From Desulfuromusa sp. (GTDB lineage: Bacteria > Desulfobacterota > Desulfuromonadia > Desulfuromonadales > Geopsychrobacteraceae): DNA of 64,000 nucleotides. The stretch spans positions 1,387 through 65,386 of the forward strand of contig JAZBPC010000077.1 of the NCBI GenBank assembly GCA_036351455.1. Direction: 5' to 3'. A program made the translations under genes and the position numbers. The notes under the pieces were generated by a model. The model saw only the letters and a list, made by a program, of their open reading frames with translations. It was not told the origin of the DNA and made no database searches. Shown in pieces: positions 61,422 to 64,000 of this stretch. Within the stretch, counting starts at the first letter, position 1. Each line of letters begins with the position of its first letter.

Positions 61422-62459
61422 ATGTTGAAAGTTGCTATTGTAGGAGCCAGTGGATACACCGGTGTTGAGTTATTAAGGATTTTGGTCGGTCATCCAGAAG
61501 TTGAAATTTGCTGTGTAACTTCACGACAACACGAAGGGCTGCCGATTAACGAAGTGTTTCCTTCTTTGTCGGGATTCTGTGAGTTACTCTGTGAACCTCT
61601 TGATATAACAGCAATTGCTGCTCGTGCCGACTTGGTTTTTACTGCGTTGCCGCATAAGTCGGCGATGGAAGTTGTTCCCGGTTTCCTTAATGCCGGATGT
61701 AAGGTTATCGACCTTTCTGCCGACTACCGATTGAAAAATCAGGATGTTTATCAGCAATGGTATCAACCTCACACCAGCCCGGAATTATTTTCTGAGGCCG
61801 TATATGGACTGCCTGAACTTTATGCTGAGCAGCTCCGTTCTGCTCGCTTGATTGCTAATCCTGGTTGTTATCCTACCAGTGTGATTCTTGGGTTAGCTCC
61901 GTTACTGGAAAAACAGTTAATTGATCCGAAAAGTCTGATCGTTGATAGTAAATCCGGGGTTAGCGGTGCGGGGCGTGGAGTTAAGCTGGGCAGTCTTTAT
62001 TGTGAGGCTAATGAAGGTTTCAAGGCTTATGGAATTGCCAGCCATCGGCACACCCCAGAGATCGAGCAGGAGTTGTCAGGGCTAGCCAATACCGGTGTTC
62101 GCCTGAACTTTACCCCCCACTTGCTCCCTGTTAACCGGGGAATCCTTTCCACCTGCTATGCGGATCTCGTTGAGACGAAATCGACAGAAGAATTGATAGA
62201 TTTATATCGACAGCGCTATGTCAATGAAAAATTCGTGCGCATCATGCCCGGTGACCAACTTCCCAATATTGCTTATGTTCGCGGAACGAATTTTTGTGAT
62301 ATTGGTCTTGTCAGCGATCAACATACGGGTCGGGTTATCGTTATTTCAGCGATTGATAATCTGGTCAAGGGGGCTGCTGGTCAGGCTGTGCAGAATATGA
62401 ATATCATGTGTGGTTTTCAGGAAGCTCTTGGATTAGGTATCGTTCCTACTTTTCCTTAG
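61422..62459 (+). CDS. argC: N-acetyl-gamma-glutamyl-phosphate reductase
   Basis: [42 protein letters not shown]. Start moved to 61422. Confidence 0.97.
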   Translation: MLKVAIVGASGYTGVELLRILVGHPEVEICCVTSRQHEGLPINEVFPSLSGFCELLCEPLDITAIAARADLVFTALPHKSAMEVVPGFLNAGCKVIDLSADYRLKNQDVYQQWYQPHTSPELFSEAVYGLPELYAEQLRSARLIANPGCYPTSVILGLAPLLEKQLIDPKSLIVDSKSGVSGAGRGVKLGSLYCEANEGFKAYGIASHRHTPEIEQELSGLANTGVRLNFTPHLLPVNRGILSTCYADLVETKSTEELIDLYRQRYVNEKFVRIMPGDQLPNIAYVRGTNFCDIGLVSDQHTGRVIVISAIDNLVKGAAGQAVQNMNIMCGFQEALGLGIVPTFP

Positions 62460-62563
62460 TGGATAGTGGTTTATAGCGCTATTAGTATGACTTGCTTTTT
62501 AAGTCCAGTCTTCTTATTATGACCGCTTAATCTGTAGGTTAATGTATAACTCTGGGGAGCTAT

Positions 62564-64000
62564 ATGCTTGAAAGCGGTTACACGGTGTTTGACTGTCAGA
62601 TAGTCAAACCGTTATCAGAAAATAAAGTCTATCAAAGTTACCTGGTCCGTTGCCCCGATTCCAGGGATGCAAAGCTGTTTGTACTTTTTCCTGACCCATT
62701 GCTGGATCCGCAACAGCAGAAAACCTCTATAGATCGTGCGAATTGGTTAGCGAGCCAGACTATCCCCGGTATTGGCTCTCCCCTGCAAGCAGGTTTGCTC
62801 GATGGACAGCTTGCCTACCTCTATCCGCATCCGCATGGTGAGTCACTCCTATCTGCTGATGGGGATAGCTTTACAGTCGCGCAATCTGTTGATCTGATTC
62901 AGAAAATTGCTACCAGTTTGAGTGCAGCCCACAGTGCTGGTGTCTGGCATGGAAGTCTCTCTCCGGATAACATCTTTACTGAGGCTGATTCTCCTTATCT
63001 TGCTGACTTTTCTTTGAGCCAACTGATCCGGCTGGATTTCCATTCAGGGATTGATCCCCGCTACACTAGCCCTGAACAGGTTCGTGGAGAAACACCTGAA
63101 GCCGCTGCTGATATCTATAGCCTGGGTTGTATCTTCTACCATCTGTTGACAGGAACTCCGCCGTTTAGTGCTGATGAGCCGTTTGCTATCGCCAAGCAAC
63201 ATCTTCAAGATGAATTTCCTGCTCTTCCCGAAGAATTGGAGGTTCTGCAACCATTATTGGCTTCGATGACTGCAGCAGTTGTTGCAGAACGAGCCTCTGC
63301 TGATGAATTGGTGGATCATATTAATCGGCTGTCAAAATCGCATGAACTTGAACAGATCAGTTTTCAAAGGACGACAGAACCTCAGGAAGCCGACGATTCT
63401 GAACCTGTAAAAAATTCTTCCCTTCTTGATGAAGCATTGACTGGTTCTGAGATCGCTGCCCGGATTGAAGAGCGTTTAAAAGAGCATGCTTCTCATTTTA
63501 AGGACCCTGAAGTTTTTGAAACGCAACTTGAAAGAGATAATATTGATGTCGTCGCGGATCTGGATCAAGTGAAGGAGAATAATAAAATCGGCTTCGGTCG
63601 CGTTATCTTAATTTTATTGCTTGGTATTGTCATTGGATCCGGACTCTATTTTTTATTTGCTAATCAGTACACCAATGTCACTCCTGATGCTGGTGAGTCA
63701 AAGGTTGTTCCTGAAGCCATACCTCTGGTTGATCTGGATCATGGCTTACAGCTATGGAGGGGAGATGATTTTAACGGGGCTGAAGCTGAGTTCAAGCAGA
63801 TTATAGCCAATCATCAGAAGGATCCTCGAGCCTATAACAACCTGGCCGCCTTTTATGCCGCCCAGGGAAATTATGAACAGGCCCGTGATTATCTGGAACA
63901 GGCTCTGGCGACAGATGAAAAATATGCCACTATCTATCGCAATTTGGGCTCTGTCTACGCAGAAATGGCAAGAGGTTCCTACGGGCGGGCATTACAGCTG
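62564..64000 (+). CDS. Hanks-type Ser/Thr kinase-like (pseudokinase) domain, TM helix and TPR repeats; runs off the right end
   Basis: Translated by hand, 479 codons open to the window end: AHSAGVWHGSLSPDNI, ADFS, YTSPEQVRG, DIYSLGCIFYHLLTGTPPF; TM VILILLLGIVIGSGLYFLF; TPRs AYNNLAAFYAAQGNYEQARDYLEQAL and YRNLGSVYAEM. Confidence 0.85.
   Translation, partial: MLESGYTVFDCQIVKPLSENKVYQSYLVRCPDSRDAKLFVLFPDPLLDPQQQKTSIDRANWLASQTIPGIGSPLQAGLLDGQLAYLYPHPHGESLLSADGDSFTVAQSVDLIQKIATSLSAAHSAGVWHGSLSPDNIFTEADSPYLADFSLSQLIRLDFHSGIDPRYTSPEQVRGETPEAAADIYSLGCIFYHLLTGTPPFSADEPFAIAKQHLQDEFPALPEELEVLQPLLASMTAAVVAERASADELVDHINRLSKSHELEQISFQRTTEPQEADDSEPVKNSSLLDEALTGSEIAARIEERLKEHASHFKDPEVFETQLERDNIDVVADLDQVKENNKIGFGRVILILLLGIVIGSGLYFLFANQYTNVTPDAGESKVVPEAIPLVDLDHGLQLWRGDDFNGAEAEFKQIIANHQKDPRAYNNLAAFYAAQGNYEQARDYLEQALATDEKYATIYRNLGSVYAEMARGSYGRALQL

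Overview
Chromosomal window (about 45% GC) from a bacterium that is most likely a Desulfuromonadales deltaproteobacterium; this is inferred from protein style and gene order. Most of it is housekeeping: dnaE-accA-rlpA, tgt, eno, ahcY, lptFG, rpsB-tsf-pyrH-frr-uppS-cdsA-dxr-rseP-tsaB, ilvBN-psd-pssA-leuACD, ilvD, leuB-ecfT-truA-rplM-rpsI-argC. The first 16 kb are more accessory. No rRNA, tRNA, transposase, integrase or CRISPR array was recognised. Elements the ORF track misses: (1) a SelW/Rdx-type selenoprotein read through an in-frame UGA, with a SECIS-like hairpin (6232-6453, minus), beside a DEDDh exonuclease and a divergent WYL regulator; (2) two tandem c-di-GMP-I riboswitches, each with its own terminator and a conserved anti-terminator pairing, upstream of a 1004-aa Ig-repeat surface protein and a lipoprotein; (3) a Leu T-box before leuA; (4) a 54-aa 2x[4Fe-4S] ferredoxin; (5) a probable AUU start for cdsA; (6) a Hanks-type pseudokinase-TM-TPR gene running off the right end. 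The best novelty candidate is a stand-alone, diverged Cas6-fold gene (27860-28813) with no cas genes or array in the window. It heads an apparent operon with a zinc-ribbon protein whose N-terminus resembles the F1-ATPase inhibitors zeta/IF1, and a membrane-anchored winged-helix-like protein. Family calls come from motif recognition only; no database searches were run.
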